NCBI GenBank assembly: GCA_903835075.1
Contig: CAILLM010000005.1
Span: forward strand, 1-54,449
Direction of reading: 5' to 3'
Length of the DNA stretch: 54,449 bases
From: Candidatus Staskawiczbacteria bacterium
Lineage (GTDB): Bacteria; Patescibacteriota; Minisyncoccia; Minisyncoccales; Staskawiczbacteraceae
In this document: piece by piece, positions 1-9,705 of the stretch
How positions within the stretch are numbered: the first letter of the stretch is position 1
Layout of the letters: each line of letters begins with the position of its first letter
Program-made: the position numbers and the translations under genes
Notes under the pieces: generated by a model
Database searches by the model: none
Seen by the model: the letters and a program-made list of their open reading frames with translations, nothing else
What the model was told of the DNA's origin: nothing

Positions 1-28
1 ATAAAATAATATAATTAAAATAAAAAAT

Positions 29-316
29 ATGTCAGAAATACCAAATAGAGACCCCGAGCAACAACCACGGGGCGATCAACCTACTGGGGAGAATCTATGG
101 CCAAAAACACCGCAAGAAATACAAACTGAAAAATTGATAGCGGGGCTTGAAGCAAAAAATCAGCGCTCAGAACTAGAGAACATGCAGTTACAGATATATA
201 AAGATACATTGAGAGATTTGGAAGAAATCCGAGGATTAGACCCTCATAAATTAGGACAAGAGGCAATGGATCGCGTGGACGAAGACATTAAAAGACTTAG
301 TGGCAACAAACAATAG
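29..316 (+). CDS. hypothetical protein (95 aa)
   Basis: ATG-started ORF followed by an intrinsic terminator; no recognised motif. Confidence 0.6.
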   Translation: MSEIPNRDPEQQPRGDQPTGENLWPKTPQEIQTEKLIAGLEAKNQRSELENMQLQIYKDTLRDLEEIRGLDPHKLGQEAMDRVDEDIKRLSGNKQ

Positions 317-330
317 TTCAAAACAAATTT

Positions 331-358
331 AAAACCACCCCAAAAGGGGCGGTTTTTT
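331..358. terminator. bidirectional intrinsic terminator
   Basis: AAAACCACCCC-AAAA-GGGGCGGTTTTTT hairpin between convergent genes. Confidence 0.75.
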
Positions 359-373
359 AATATATTTATAAGT

Positions 374-531
374 GAGGCAGTGAATTCGTAGCGAGAAAAT
401 AGATTTTAAAGGCATCTTCGGAGGCAGTTTAGCATGGTTTCGCAACAGCGAATAAACTGCCGAGAATAAGGCGCGTCCCGCCGCTGGGCGGGGCGACGCC
501 GGTGCCGACTAAAATCCATTTCCGAGCGAAA
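374..531. repeat. structured GC-rich intergenic element, copy 1
   Basis: Begins GAGGCAGTGAATTCGTAGCG and ends CCGAGCGAAA like 9178-9310; nested inverted repeats. Confidence 0.65.
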
Positions 532-532
532 A

Positions 533-2062
533 CTAGCGGGCGTATTCAATTACGCGGTTTTCGCGAATAACTACAACTTTAATTTCTCCTGGGTATTTTA
601 ATTCTTCTTCAATTTCTGCGGCAATTGCTTTGGCAATTTTAGCAGCTTGCAAGTCATCTACCCTATCAGATTTTACAAACACTCTGATTTCGCGACCTGC
701 TTGAATAGCATAAGTTTTTTCAACGCCTTCAAATTTGTTAGCAATGTCTTCAAGTTCTTTTAATCTTTGCAAATAATTTTCTAAGGTATCTTTTCTAGCG
801 CCTGGCCTTGAGCTTGAAATTGCGTCAGCCACTGTAACAATAGCTGCCTCTAAGGACTCTGTAGGGTAATCTCCATGGTGAGACTTCATTGCATCTATTA
901 TTGCTTTTGACTCACCAAATTTCTCTAAAATTTTAATTCCAATTTCAATGTGTGAGCCTTGAATTTGCTGATCAATGGCTTTTCCAATGTCGTGCAACAA
1001 GCCTCCGCGTTTTGCAACCTGGCTGTTGGCGCCCAACTCCTCAGCTATTGTTTCGGCAATTAAAGCAACTTCCATTGAATGCAACAATACATTTTGACCA
1101 TAACTGGTTCTGTAATATAGTCTTCCTAATATTTGAACCAACTTTTCATTTAGCCCAATTACCCCAACGTCATAAGCGGCTTTATCTCCAGCTTCTTTTA
1201 TTTTAACTGTAATTTCATTCTTGGCTTCTTCATATTTTTCTTCAATTTTTGCCGGCTGAATTCTTCCATCAGCAATCAACTTATCTAAGGTAAGTTTAGC
1301 GATCTGCCTTCTAATTGGGTTAAAACCAGAAATAACCACTGATTCTGGGGTTTCATCTACAATAAGCTCAACTCCCGTTAATTTCTCAAAAGCCCTTATG
1401 TTTCTGCCCTCTTTTCCAATAATTCTACCCTTTAACTCTTCGTTGGTTAGTATAAGGGTTGTTGTTGTCATTTCTTGAGTTTGAGGAACTGCACACTTTT
1501 GGATTGCCAAAGCAACAATGTCTCTAGCTCTGTTCTGCAATTTCTCTTGATTGCCCTCTTCAAGCCTTTTCATTCTGTCTAAAATTTCTTTTTCATTTTC
1601 CAATTCCACTAATGCTAACAATTCTTTTTTTGCATCTTCTCTCGATAAAGAAGCAACTTTTTCAAGTTTGCCTTCTGCCTCTTGTCTTAATGTTTCTAAA
1701 TTTTCTTTTATAGCTTTCAATTTTTCTACTTTGTCTTGCAACTCTTTCTCTTTTGTTTCAAAAGAAACTATTCTTTCATTAAGCAAAGTTTCTCGGCCCA
1801 ATAAAAGTTGCTGGGCTGCTAAAAATTCTTTTCTTCTTTCATCTATTTCTTTTTGAGTTTTTTCTAAAAGCTCCGAAGATTTTTTCTCAGCATCCTTAAC
1901 TAATTTTGCTGTTTCTTCTTTTACGTCAATGACTCTTTTCTGCAATTTAGCCTCTAAAGAACCTGCTCTTTTTTTAGCTAAATTCTGTCTTATGTAATAT
2001 CCAATAACACCTCCCAAAATAAGAGATATTATGAATACAACTATTGTTAAAATTGTGTCCAT
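533..2062 (-). CDS. rny: ribonuclease Y
   Basis: N-terminal TM, coiled coil, KH motif KGRIIGKEGRNIR, HD motif LLHDIGK, C-terminal YAIQAGREIRV. Confidence 0.97.
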   Translation of the reverse strand: MDTILTIVVFIISLILGGVIGYYIRQNLAKKRAGSLEAKLQKRVIDVKEETAKLVKDAEKKSSELLEKTQKEIDERRKEFLAAQQLLLGRETLLNERIVSFETKEKELQDKVEKLKAIKENLETLRQEAEGKLEKVASLSREDAKKELLALVELENEKEILDRMKRLEEGNQEKLQNRARDIVALAIQKCAVPQTQEMTTTTLILTNEELKGRIIGKEGRNIRAFEKLTGVELIVDETPESVVISGFNPIRRQIAKLTLDKLIADGRIQPAKIEEKYEEAKNEITVKIKEAGDKAAYDVGVIGLNEKLVQILGRLYYRTSYGQNVLLHSMEVALIAETIAEELGANSQVAKRGGLLHDIGKAIDQQIQGSHIEIGIKILEKFGESKAIIDAMKSHHGDYPTESLEAAIVTVADAISSSRPGARKDTLENYLQRLKELEDIANKFEGVEKTYAIQAGREIRVFVKSDRVDDLQAAKIAKAIAAEIEEELKYPGEIKVVVIRENRVIEYAR

Positions 2063-2141
2063 ATTTTTTATTTTTTATAATAATAAAACTCACTTGCTCA
2101 GTGAGTGTGCATAGAATATATTTAAATTTAGTTACAAGCCC

Positions 2142-2723
2142 CTACTTTCCGCCTATGACTTCGTCAATTAATCCGTAAGTCTTAGCTTCTTCGGAAGTTA
2201 AATAAAAATCTCTTTCTGTATCTTTTGTCACCTTAGACAAGCTCTGTCCTGTGTGTGAAGACAATATTTTATTTAATTTTCCTTTCATCATTACAATTTG
2301 TTTGGCAGTAATTTCTATGTCTGTTGCCTGACCTTGCATGCCTCCTGCAACTTGGTGCAATAAAATTTCAGCATTAGGCAAGGCAAATCTCTTTCCCTTT
2401 GTACCTGCTGCTAAAATAACTGCTGCCATAGAAGCTGTAAGTCCTATGCAAATGGTAGAAACTGGGCATTTTAAAAACTGCATTGTGTCGTAAATAGCTA
2501 ATCCTGCTGTAACTGAACCTCCTGGGCTGTTTATATAAAGCTTAATGTCTCTTTTTGAGTCTTTAGATGCCAAATAAAGCATCTGGGCAATAACCACATT
2601 TGCATTCATGTCAGTTACTGGGCCAGCCAAAAAAATTATACGCTCTTCTAAAAGCCTTGAAAATATATCGTATGCGCGCTCACCGCGCTGTGTTCTTTCT
2701 ACAATAGTTGGTACTATTGGCAT
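2142..2723 (-). CDS. clpP: ATP-dependent Clp protease proteolytic subunit
   Basis: [25 protein letters not shown], catalytic ASMA and LHQ motifs. Confidence 0.97.
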   Translation of the reverse strand: MPIVPTIVERTQRGERAYDIFSRLLEERIIFLAGPVTDMNANVVIAQMLYLASKDSKRDIKLYINSPGGSVTAGLAIYDTMQFLKCPVSTICIGLTASMAAVILAAGTKGKRFALPNAEILLHQVAGGMQGQATDIEITAKQIVMMKGKLNKILSSHTGQSLSKVTKDTERDFYLTSEEAKTYGLIDEVIGGK

Positions 2724-2746
2724 TTATTATTCTTTTTTTTAATTTA

Positions 2747-4015
2747 TTATTTGGCTAAATTTTCGAGAATATTAAAGATTTTCTCATTGTTTAGCACACC
2801 CTTAGTATACTCTTTTAGCTCGTTTATGTCAATTTGACCTAATTCTTCTTTAGAATATCTTTGTATTGATTTTGCCATCTCTTCTTCTACTTCTTTGTCA
2901 GTTACATCCACCCCCTCTTTTTTGCCAAGTTCGCGCAAAACCAAAAATCCTTTTAATCTTTTTTCTGCTTCTTTTTTGTAAGTATCTTTTATTTCTTCTT
3001 CAGTTTTTTTGATGCTTGTTAAATAGTCTTCAAAAGAAATTTTAATACTGCTGGTGATTCTATTTTTTAAATCTTCAAGCAATCTTTGTTGTTCATATTC
3101 AACCATTGCAACGGGCATTTCAAATTTAGCTTTCTCGGCAATTTTTTCTAAAATTTCTCCACGCAATCTCTGTTTTTCAGCTTCTGTTTTTTCCATGGTT
3201 ATACCCTCTTTCATACTTGTTTGCAAAGAAACTAAGCCATCAAACGCTCCCAATTGTTTTGCAAACTCGTCGTTAATTTCTGGCAATTCCATTTTTTGCA
3301 CCGAAACAACTTTTACCTTAAACACCCCTTCTTTGCCTGCCAAATTTTTAACAGGTGAATTTTCTGGGAAAGTAGCTGTAATTTCTTTTTCTTCACCTGC
3401 CTTCATTCCCTCTATTCCCTCCTCAAAACCTTTCATAAATCCACCTTCGCCTAAAATAAATTTATCGTCCACTTCTTTACCTTCATTAATTTCTTTGTTT
3501 GAATATTTTATTTCAACAAAATCTTTTTTTTCAGCAGGATTATTGTGAGCTGTAAATTTTGCACGAGTTTTTTGCATATAGGCAATCGCATCTTGAATTT
3601 CCTGTTCAGTAACTTCAATTTTTTGCCCCTTAGCTTTTTTTGCAATTTCTTTGTAATCTGGCAATTCAACTTCTGGCAAAACAGTAACAACTGCCTTAAA
3701 AACAAAGGGATTTCCTTTTGCAATTTTAACTATTTGAATTTCTGGATGACCCACTACTTCTAGCTTGCTTTCAATAATGTAATCGGTGTAAACATGTTGA
3801 ACAGCATGGTCGCCTGCTTCCATTAAAACAACTTCTGGTTTTAATTTTTCTTCAACCATTGCTGTTGGGGCTTTGCCTTCACGAAATCCATCAACTTTTA
3901 CATGATGTTTTAAATGCTCTATTGTGTGAGCTGTATGCTCGGCAAACTCTTCTGCTGTTATTTCAAACTCTAATTCTACTTGCGAATTTGGTAACTTTTT
4001 TTGTTTAACTTCCAT
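2747..4015 (-). CDS. tig: trigger factor
   Basis: GFREGKAP ribosome-binding signature, FKBP-like middle domain, adjacent to clpP. Confidence 0.95.
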   Translation of the reverse strand: MEVKQKKLPNSQVELEFEITAEEFAEHTAHTIEHLKHHVKVDGFREGKAPTAMVEEKLKPEVVLMEAGDHAVQHVYTDYIIESKLEVVGHPEIQIVKIAKGNPFVFKAVVTVLPEVELPDYKEIAKKAKGQKIEVTEQEIQDAIAYMQKTRAKFTAHNNPAEKKDFVEIKYSNKEINEGKEVDDKFILGEGGFMKGFEEGIEGMKAGEEKEITATFPENSPVKNLAGKEGVFKVKVVSVQKMELPEINDEFAKQLGAFDGLVSLQTSMKEGITMEKTEAEKQRLRGEILEKIAEKAKFEMPVAMVEYEQQRLLEDLKNRITSSIKISFEDYLTSIKKTEEEIKDTYKKEAEKRLKGFLVLRELGKKEGVDVTDKEVEEEMAKSIQRYSKEELGQIDINELKEYTKGVLNNEKIFNILENLAK

Positions 4016-4079
4016 ATTTAAATTTTAATTTTTATGAATAATATGGTCTAATTTAACACTTTTTTAGTTAAAAATCAAT

Positions 4080-4101
4080 ACTTCGGCAAGCTCAGTACAG
4101 G
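4080..4101 (+). repeat. REP-like element, CTTCGACAAGCTCAG family
   Basis: ACTTCGGCAAGCTCAGTACAGG resembles copies at 27371, 27871, 33814 (rc) and 40498 (rc). Confidence 0.6.
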
Positions 4102-4149
4102 CTCTTCGAGCAAGCAAAAAGCATCCTCTTGGACGCTTAAACTTATTTT

Positions 4150-4446
4150 CTAATGTGTCACCGGACACCCTCCTGCCTTTATATCGCCCAAACTATTCCA
4201 ACTTCCTCCATTATATATTTTTTCAAATCCATTATTTTTTAAAATTTCCAGCGCTTGAGCGCTCCTGCTTCCAGATGCACAAACTAAAACTGTTGGCACC
4301 TCTTTTTGCAACCACGACAATGAATCTTCAATTTCATTTAACGGAATACTTAAAGAGCCTTGTATATGCCCCTCTTTGTATTCTTCTGGCGTGCGAACAT
4401 CAATAATTAACGCACCCTTTTCAATAATTTGTTTTATTTCTTCCAT
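4150..4446 (-). CDS. rhodanese-like domain protein
   Basis: IIDVRTPEEYKEGHI and active-site loop CASGSRS. Confidence 0.9.
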   Translation of the reverse strand: MEEIKQIIEKGALIIDVRTPEEYKEGHIQGSLSIPLNEIEDSLSWLQKEVPTVLVCASGSRSAQALEILKNNGFEKIYNGGSWNSLGDIKAGGCPVTH

Positions 4447-4451
4447 ATGTA

Positions 4452-4706
4452 CTATATACGTTTCTCAACCACAATTGTGCAGTTTGCAACCAAAGCAGCT
4501 ACCGCTCCAATTGCCGCCCAAACCGGCAAAAGTGCAGCTCCAATAACCCCAAAGGTCAAAGGAAATTCAAGCAAAGTTTTGCCCTCTTCGTTTTTAATTA
4601 TAATGCGACGAACATTCCCCTCTTTCACCAATTCTTTAATTTTTTTCAAAACCTCGTCCCCCGACATTTTAAATTCTTCTTTTTTAAAATTTTTATCTTC
4701 TTCCAT
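4452..4706 (-). CDS. DUF4342 domain protein
   Basis: KIKELVKEGNVRRIIIK...LEFPLTFG...AAIGAVAAL family pattern. Confidence 0.85.
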   Translation of the reverse strand: MEEDKNFKKEEFKMSGDEVLKKIKELVKEGNVRRIIIKNEEGKTLLEFPLTFGVIGAALLPVWAAIGAVAALVANCTIVVEKRI

Positions 4707-4777
4707 AATATTATATACGTTTTATTTTAACTAAATGATTACTATTTTTCAGGTTGCCCTAGGGCATCCTACGCGGT

Positions 4778-5392
4778 TTAATTTTTTTCTGCGATTATTC
4801 TAATCCAATTAATGTTTTTTCTACCTGCGTCATCTGGCACAATTTTAGAATAAATAATTTTAAACCCTGCTTTTTCTATAAAACTTTTAATTTGTTTCTC
4901 AGTAAATAAAACCATTAGTCTTTTTTGTCGCGAAAGTTTATCCGTGGCGTAAGTTGTTCCCTCCCCCAATTTCACGCCAACAAAAAATTTACCGCCAAGC
5001 TTCAAAACTTTGTTAAAATTTTTAAATACATTTGAAATGTCTTTTTTATTGACATGAAGCAAAACAGCGCTAGCCCAAATTCCATCAAAATAATCATTGG
5101 GAAATTTTAATTTCAATAAATCCATTTTTAAAAATTTAGCTTTTGGTACGTCTGTTTTAGCAATCTTCAAAAATTCATCAACTAAATCTATGCCCACAAC
5201 TTCAAATCCTTTCTTAACAAGCTTTTTTGCATCGCGGCCACCGGCACACCCAACATCTAAAACCTTCCCTTTTGGCGAAACTTTTTTTACAAAGATTTCA
5301 AACTGCGAAGGAGTTAAGTCCTTTATGCTCTCTACATATGTCTCACCTAGCTTCTTATAAGATTTTATTGTATTTTTGTATTTATCTGCCAT
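4778..5392 (-). CDS. class I SAM-dependent methyltransferase
   Basis: VLDVGCAGGRD motif I; FDGIWASAVLLH. Confidence 0.9.
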   Translation of the reverse strand: MADKYKNTIKSYKKLGETYVESIKDLTPSQFEIFVKKVSPKGKVLDVGCAGGRDAKKLVKKGFEVVGIDLVDEFLKIAKTDVPKAKFLKMDLLKLKFPNDYFDGIWASAVLLHVNKKDISNVFKNFNKVLKLGGKFFVGVKLGEGTTYATDKLSRQKRLMVLFTEKQIKSFIEKAGFKIIYSKIVPDDAGRKNINWIRIIAEKN

Positions 5393-5450
5393 AAAATTAT
5401 CTTAATAATTATTATTTTAAGTCTATCGCTAATTAACCGAAATATCAAAC

Positions 5451-5475
5451 AAAAACCGCCTTGCGGCGGTTTTTT
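5451..5475. terminator. intrinsic terminator after hppA
   Basis: AAAAACCGCC-TTGC-GGCGGTTTTT perfect hairpin. Confidence 0.85.
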
Positions 5476-5498
5476 AATTAGTCTGCGAATTGTTATTG

Positions 5499-7478
5499 TT
5501 AGACCAAGAATGCAACAATAAGCAAAGCTACAATATTCAACACCTTAATCATTGGGTTAATAGCTGGCCCTGCTGTATCTTTGTAAGGATCACCAACTGT
5601 GTCGCCGGTAACGGCGGCTTGGTGAGCAAAACTTCCTTTGCCTCCGTGAGCTCCTGTTTCAATATATTTTTTTGCATTGTCCCAAGCAGCTCCTCCTGTT
5701 GTCATTGAAATTCCAATAAATAATCCTGTAACAATTGCTCCAATTAACATTCCGCCCAATGCCTGAACTCCCAAGAAAAATCCAACCAAAATTGGGGCGG
5801 CAACAGGAATTAATGCAGGAATTAACATTTCTTTAATGGCTGCAGCTGTAACAATGTCTACGCATTTTCCATATTCTGGTTTGGCTGTTCCTTCCATTAA
5901 ACCTGCAATATTTTTAAATTGTCTTCTTACTTCTTCTACAACTTTTCCTGCTGTTTTTCCAACAGCTCCCATTAAGAATGAAGCAAACAAATATGGAAGC
6001 AATCCTCCAATTAATAATCCTGCAATAACTTGAGGATTTGTTAAAGAAAATGTTGCTCCGCTTCCTGAAACTTTTTCAACATATGCTGAAAACAAAACCA
6101 ACGCGGCTAAACCGGCACTAGCTATTGCATAACCTTTTGTAACTGCTTTTGTGGTATTTCCAACGGCATCCAATTCATCTGTAATTACCCTAACACTTTC
6201 TGGCATCCCCGACATTTCTGCAATTCCACCAGCGTTATCGGTAATTGGGCCATAAGCATCAACTCCAACTACAATTCCAGAAATTGAAAGCATTGCCATA
6301 ACAGCAAGTGCTACTCCATAGATTCCTGCTAACCAGAAAGAAATAATTGTTCCAAAGGCAATTAACAAAACAGGGTAAGCTGTTGATTGCATTCCTAAAC
6401 CCAAACCACGGATAATGTTTGTGGCGTGTCCTGTCTCCCCTGCTTTAGCAATTGATTTTACGGGGCTGTATTTTGTTGAAGTGTAATATTCTGTAATTAC
6501 AAACATTCCTGCGGCGATTACCAAACCAACAATTGTTGAAAGATATAATTTATTTACCGAGATTGCTTGTCCTGCCATTAATTTGGCAATTACAGGATAA
6601 AAAGCAATTGCTGTTAAAATAATTGTTGCAGCAACACCTTTATACATAGAACCCATTATGCTTTGTTTTTTTCCTAATCTCACAAAGAAACTTCCAATAA
6701 TTGAAGTTAAAATTGCCACGCTTCCCAAAATTAAAGGCAACATAACAAATTGTGGTGCGCTTGGGAAAAGCAAACTTCCCAAAATCATTGTAGCTACTGT
6801 TGTAACAGCATAAGTTTCAAAAATATCAGCAGCCATACCTGCGCAGTCTCCAACGTTGTCACCAACTTGGTCAGCAATAACTGCAGGGTTTCTTGGGTCA
6901 TCTTCGGGAATTCCTTTTTCAACTTTACCAACTAAGTCAGCTCCCACGTCAGCGGCTTTTGTATAAATACCTCCTCCAACTCTAGCAAAAACTGAAATTA
7001 ATGAAGCCCCAAATCCCAAGCCAATTAAAGCTTGAATGTCTTTTGTCCAGGCATAAAATCCTGCAACAGCCAACAAGCCTAAAGAAACAACCATTAAACC
7101 TGTGATTAAACCTCCTTTAAATGAAATGTCCAATGCACGTGCCAAACCCTTTTTAGCGGCTTCGGCAACTCTTGTGTTAGCTTGTGTAGAAACTATCATT
7201 CCAATAAAACCAGAAACTCCGCTTAAAACTGCTCCTATTAAAAATCCTATAGCAATTTTCCAACCCATAAACAAAAGTGCTACAAATAAAACTAACCCTA
7301 CAATTGCAATTGTTTTATATTGTCTTTTTAAGTAAGACATTGCTCCCTCTTGAACAGCTGCTGTTATTGCCAAAGCCTTGTCTCCAGCAACTGGAGCTTT
7401 TCTGATTTGCGAAACCAAGTAATATACAAAGGCAATCGCAAATAATGAAACGATTATTGGATAAAATATTAGACTCAT
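5499..7478 (-). CDS. hppA: membrane-bound pyrophosphatase (K+-independent H+-PPase type)
   Basis: [37 protein letters not shown]; GNTTKA with Lys at the K+ site. Confidence 0.95.
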   Translation of the reverse strand: MSLIFYPIIVSLFAIAFVYYLVSQIRKAPVAGDKALAITAAVQEGAMSYLKRQYKTIAIVGLVLFVALLFMGWKIAIGFLIGAVLSGVSGFIGMIVSTQANTRVAEAAKKGLARALDISFKGGLITGLMVVSLGLLAVAGFYAWTKDIQALIGLGFGASLISVFARVGGGIYTKAADVGADLVGKVEKGIPEDDPRNPAVIADQVGDNVGDCAGMAADIFETYAVTTVATMILGSLLFPSAPQFVMLPLILGSVAILTSIIGSFFVRLGKKQSIMGSMYKGVAATIILTAIAFYPVIAKLMAGQAISVNKLYLSTIVGLVIAAGMFVITEYYTSTKYSPVKSIAKAGETGHATNIIRGLGLGMQSTAYPVLLIAFGTIISFWLAGIYGVALAVMAMLSISGIVVGVDAYGPITDNAGGIAEMSGMPESVRVITDELDAVGNTTKAVTKGYAIASAGLAALVLFSAYVEKVSGSGATFSLTNPQVIAGLLIGGLLPYLFASFLMGAVGKTAGKVVEEVRRQFKNIAGLMEGTAKPEYGKCVDIVTAAAIKEMLIPALIPVAAPILVGFFLGVQALGGMLIGAIVTGLFIGISMTTGGAAWDNAKKYIETGAHGGKGSFAHQAAVTGDTVGDPYKDTAGPAINPMIKVLNIVALLIVAFLV

Positions 7479-7613
7479 TTACTAATTTTAGGTTTGCTGT
7501 CCCCCAGCCTTCGTTCCGCTTTGCGTTACTACGGCGAGGCAAGCAAGCCCGATTAATTATTTAATTTATTTTATAATTCCGCAGAATTACAGCTATGTAA
7601 TAAGCGGTTCTTT

Positions 7614-8978
7614 TTATTCTTCTGTTATGCCTTCAACTGGCTGTGGCATTTCTTCATCAGCTGCATCTACTTGGTCAACACTTTCTTCGTCAGCCTCATC
7701 ATTCTCAGCTTCTTCGTCTTCAATTACTGTTTTAGCTTTTTTGGTGATTTTTGCTTTTTTTACTTTCTTAGGTTTCGCGTCAGCAGACTCGCCCGCCTGA
7801 TTGTCCGCAGGACTTTCGGCGGGTTCACCTTCAACTTCCTCTGGTGCAACTTCTGTTGGCTTAATATCAACTTTCCAACCGGTTAATTGTGCAGCCAATC
7901 TTACGTTTCTACCATCTTTTCCAATTGCCAATGAAAGCTGATCTTCTGGCACAAAAACTGTTGCAGTATTTTTGTCTTCCACTTTTACTCCAATAATTTT
8001 AGCAGGAGACAATGCACTAGCAATAAATTTTTCTGGTTTTTCTTCCCACATAATTACGTCAATTTTTTCTCCACCTAATTCATTTATAACTGCCATAATT
8101 CTTGTACCTCTTTGGCCCACGCAAGCTCCAATTGGGTCAACACCTTCTTCATTTGAAGTAACAGCTATTTTTGTTCTAAACCCAGGTTCTCTGGCAATTG
8201 CTTTTATAACAACTGTTCCAGCTGCAACCTCGGGAACTTCCAATTCAAACAATCTTGAAACCAATTTTGGGTAAGCCCTTGAAAGCATAACCACGCTACC
8301 TTTGGGAGTTTCTTCAACTTTTAGAATATAAAGTTTTAAGCGTTGGCCTGGTCTGTAGAATTCTCCAGGAATTTGTTCTTCTCTATTTAATAAACCTAAT
8401 GTTTTTCCAATATCAATAAAAACCGTATGCCCCTCAATTCTTTGCACAATGCCCGAAATTATTTCTCCTTCTTTTGATCTGTATTCTGCTGAAACTGTTT
8501 CTTTTTCAGCTTCTCTTATTTTTTGTAAAATAACTTGCTTAGCAGTTTGAGCTGCAATTCTTCCATAATCTTGCTTAGAAGCCAAAGGAATCTCAATTTC
8601 TTCACCAACTTTAATTTTTGGGTAATCTTTTTTTGCCTCATCTAACATAATATGTTTTTCAGGATTAAAAACATATTTTTTGGGTGGCTCCTCGCCTGCC
8701 CTTGCTTCATCTTGAGGTATTTCTTTTCTTTCTTGCATTTCTTCTAGCTCTTCATCAGTGTAAAGCATGCCATTGTCTACCACCAATTTTATTTGCCAAA
8801 ACTCAACATCACCTGATGTTGGGCTAAATTTGGCTTTAATTTTTTGGCCTTTTTGGCCATAGTCTTTTTTGTAGGCAGTGGCAATTGCAGCTTCAATTGT
8901 TTCTATCACCCTTTCTGGTGATATTCCCCTTTCTTCTGCAATTTGAGCTAAAGCTCCTTTGAAATTTTTTATATCCAT
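7614..8978 (-). CDS. nusA: transcription termination/antitermination factor NusA
   Basis: GRIAAQTAKQV, S1 domain, KH motifs DPIGACVG and LAIGKDGRNVRLA; acidic tail. Confidence 0.96.
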   Translation of the reverse strand: MDIKNFKGALAQIAEERGISPERVIETIEAAIATAYKKDYGQKGQKIKAKFSPTSGDVEFWQIKLVVDNGMLYTDEELEEMQERKEIPQDEARAGEEPPKKYVFNPEKHIMLDEAKKDYPKIKVGEEIEIPLASKQDYGRIAAQTAKQVILQKIREAEKETVSAEYRSKEGEIISGIVQRIEGHTVFIDIGKTLGLLNREEQIPGEFYRPGQRLKLYILKVEETPKGSVVMLSRAYPKLVSRLFELEVPEVAAGTVVIKAIAREPGFRTKIAVTSNEEGVDPIGACVGQRGTRIMAVINELGGEKIDVIMWEEKPEKFIASALSPAKIIGVKVEDKNTATVFVPEDQLSLAIGKDGRNVRLAAQLTGWKVDIKPTEVAPEEVEGEPAESPADNQAGESADAKPKKVKKAKITKKAKTVIEDEEAENDEADEESVDQVDAADEEMPQPVEGITEE

Positions 8979-9003
8979 AACTTTTATTTTATAAAAGAAA
9001 CTC

Positions 9004-9073
9004 GAAATTAGAAATTAGAAATTAGAAACTTTTTTAATTTGTTTCGGATTTCGGATTTCGTACTTCGGATTTC
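9004..9073. repeat. heptamer tandem repeats (GAAATTA)x3 and (TTCGGAT)-like x4
   Basis: Visible directly; the two arrays are imperfect inverted complements. Confidence 0.8.
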
Positions 9074-9085
9074 TCTTTTTATTTT

Positions 9086-9112
9086 ATAAAAAGAGCCCGT
9101 GGTCAGACGGAC
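9086..9112 (-). terminator. putative attenuator/terminator in the nusA leader
   Basis: Minus strand GTCCGT-CTGACC-ACGGGC followed by TCTTTTTAT, between promoter and nusA. Confidence 0.55.
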
Positions 9113-9137
9113 AAATAATCTTTCTTATCTTTATATA

Positions 9138-9166
9138 AGTTTAGCAAGAGAAACAATCTATGTCAA
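9138..9166 (-). promoter_or_regulatory. sigma70-type promoter of nusA
   Basis: TTGACA-17 nt-TAAACT with extended TG on minus strand. Confidence 0.7.
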
Positions 9167-9177
9167 GGCTAGAGAGC

Positions 9178-9310
9178 GAGGCAGTGAATTCGTAGCGTAC
9201 CCTGCAGGCAATTTTGCAAGGTCCCCGCTTTGCGGGGAAAATTGCCGAAGCCTGAGTGAGTTGCATGCTGGCGCAACGAGCGCTAGCGGAGAATTCACTG
9301 CCGAGCGAAA
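9178..9310. repeat. structured GC-rich intergenic element, copy 2
   Basis: Terminal inverted repeat GGCAGTGAATTC/GAATTCACTGCC with nested hairpins; shares ends with 374-531. Confidence 0.7.
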
Positions 9311-9700
9311 TCATGAAATAATGTTTTCGTGATGGGTTAAGCGACCTACCGAGAAGTCGGGCTTAAGCACAATACAAACTGCATCAATTCTACACGGCCC
9401 TTGCCACTTGCTAAATGCCGTATAACTTTTTGCATTTTGCAAAACCTTCCACAACTTATCCTTGTTTATTGTATCTTCGGGACTACCAAAATTTTCTCCA
9501 ACTTTTGTTCGAACTTCCACAAACACTAGTGTCTTATTTTTTTTACCGAAGAGCAATCCGCCTTGGGCGGACTCACAAACCAAATCAATCTCTGCATATT
9601 TTGTTTTGTAGTTTTGTTCTAAGGTTTTATAGCCCTCTTTCTCTAAATATTTGCGGGCTAAATCCTCACCAATTTTTCCTATTTCATTATGTTCTGCCAT
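9311..9700 (-). CDS. yraN: YraN family (UPF0102) nuclease
   Basis: GEDLARKYL, EIDLV, LVFVEVRT, RIDAV; start moved to MAEHNEIG at 9700. Confidence 0.92.
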   Translation of the reverse strand: MAEHNEIGKIGEDLARKYLEKEGYKTLEQNYKTKYAEIDLVCESAQGGLLFGKKNKTLVFVEVRTKVGENFGSPEDTINKDKLWKVLQNAKSYTAFSKWQGPCRIDAVCIVLKPDFSVGRLTHHENIIS

Positions 9701-9705
9701 AAAAA

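Noticed and set aside
9099-9332. 77-aa plus-strand ORF
   Set aside because: Runs through the nusA promoter and the palindromic element; likely open by chance because of high GC
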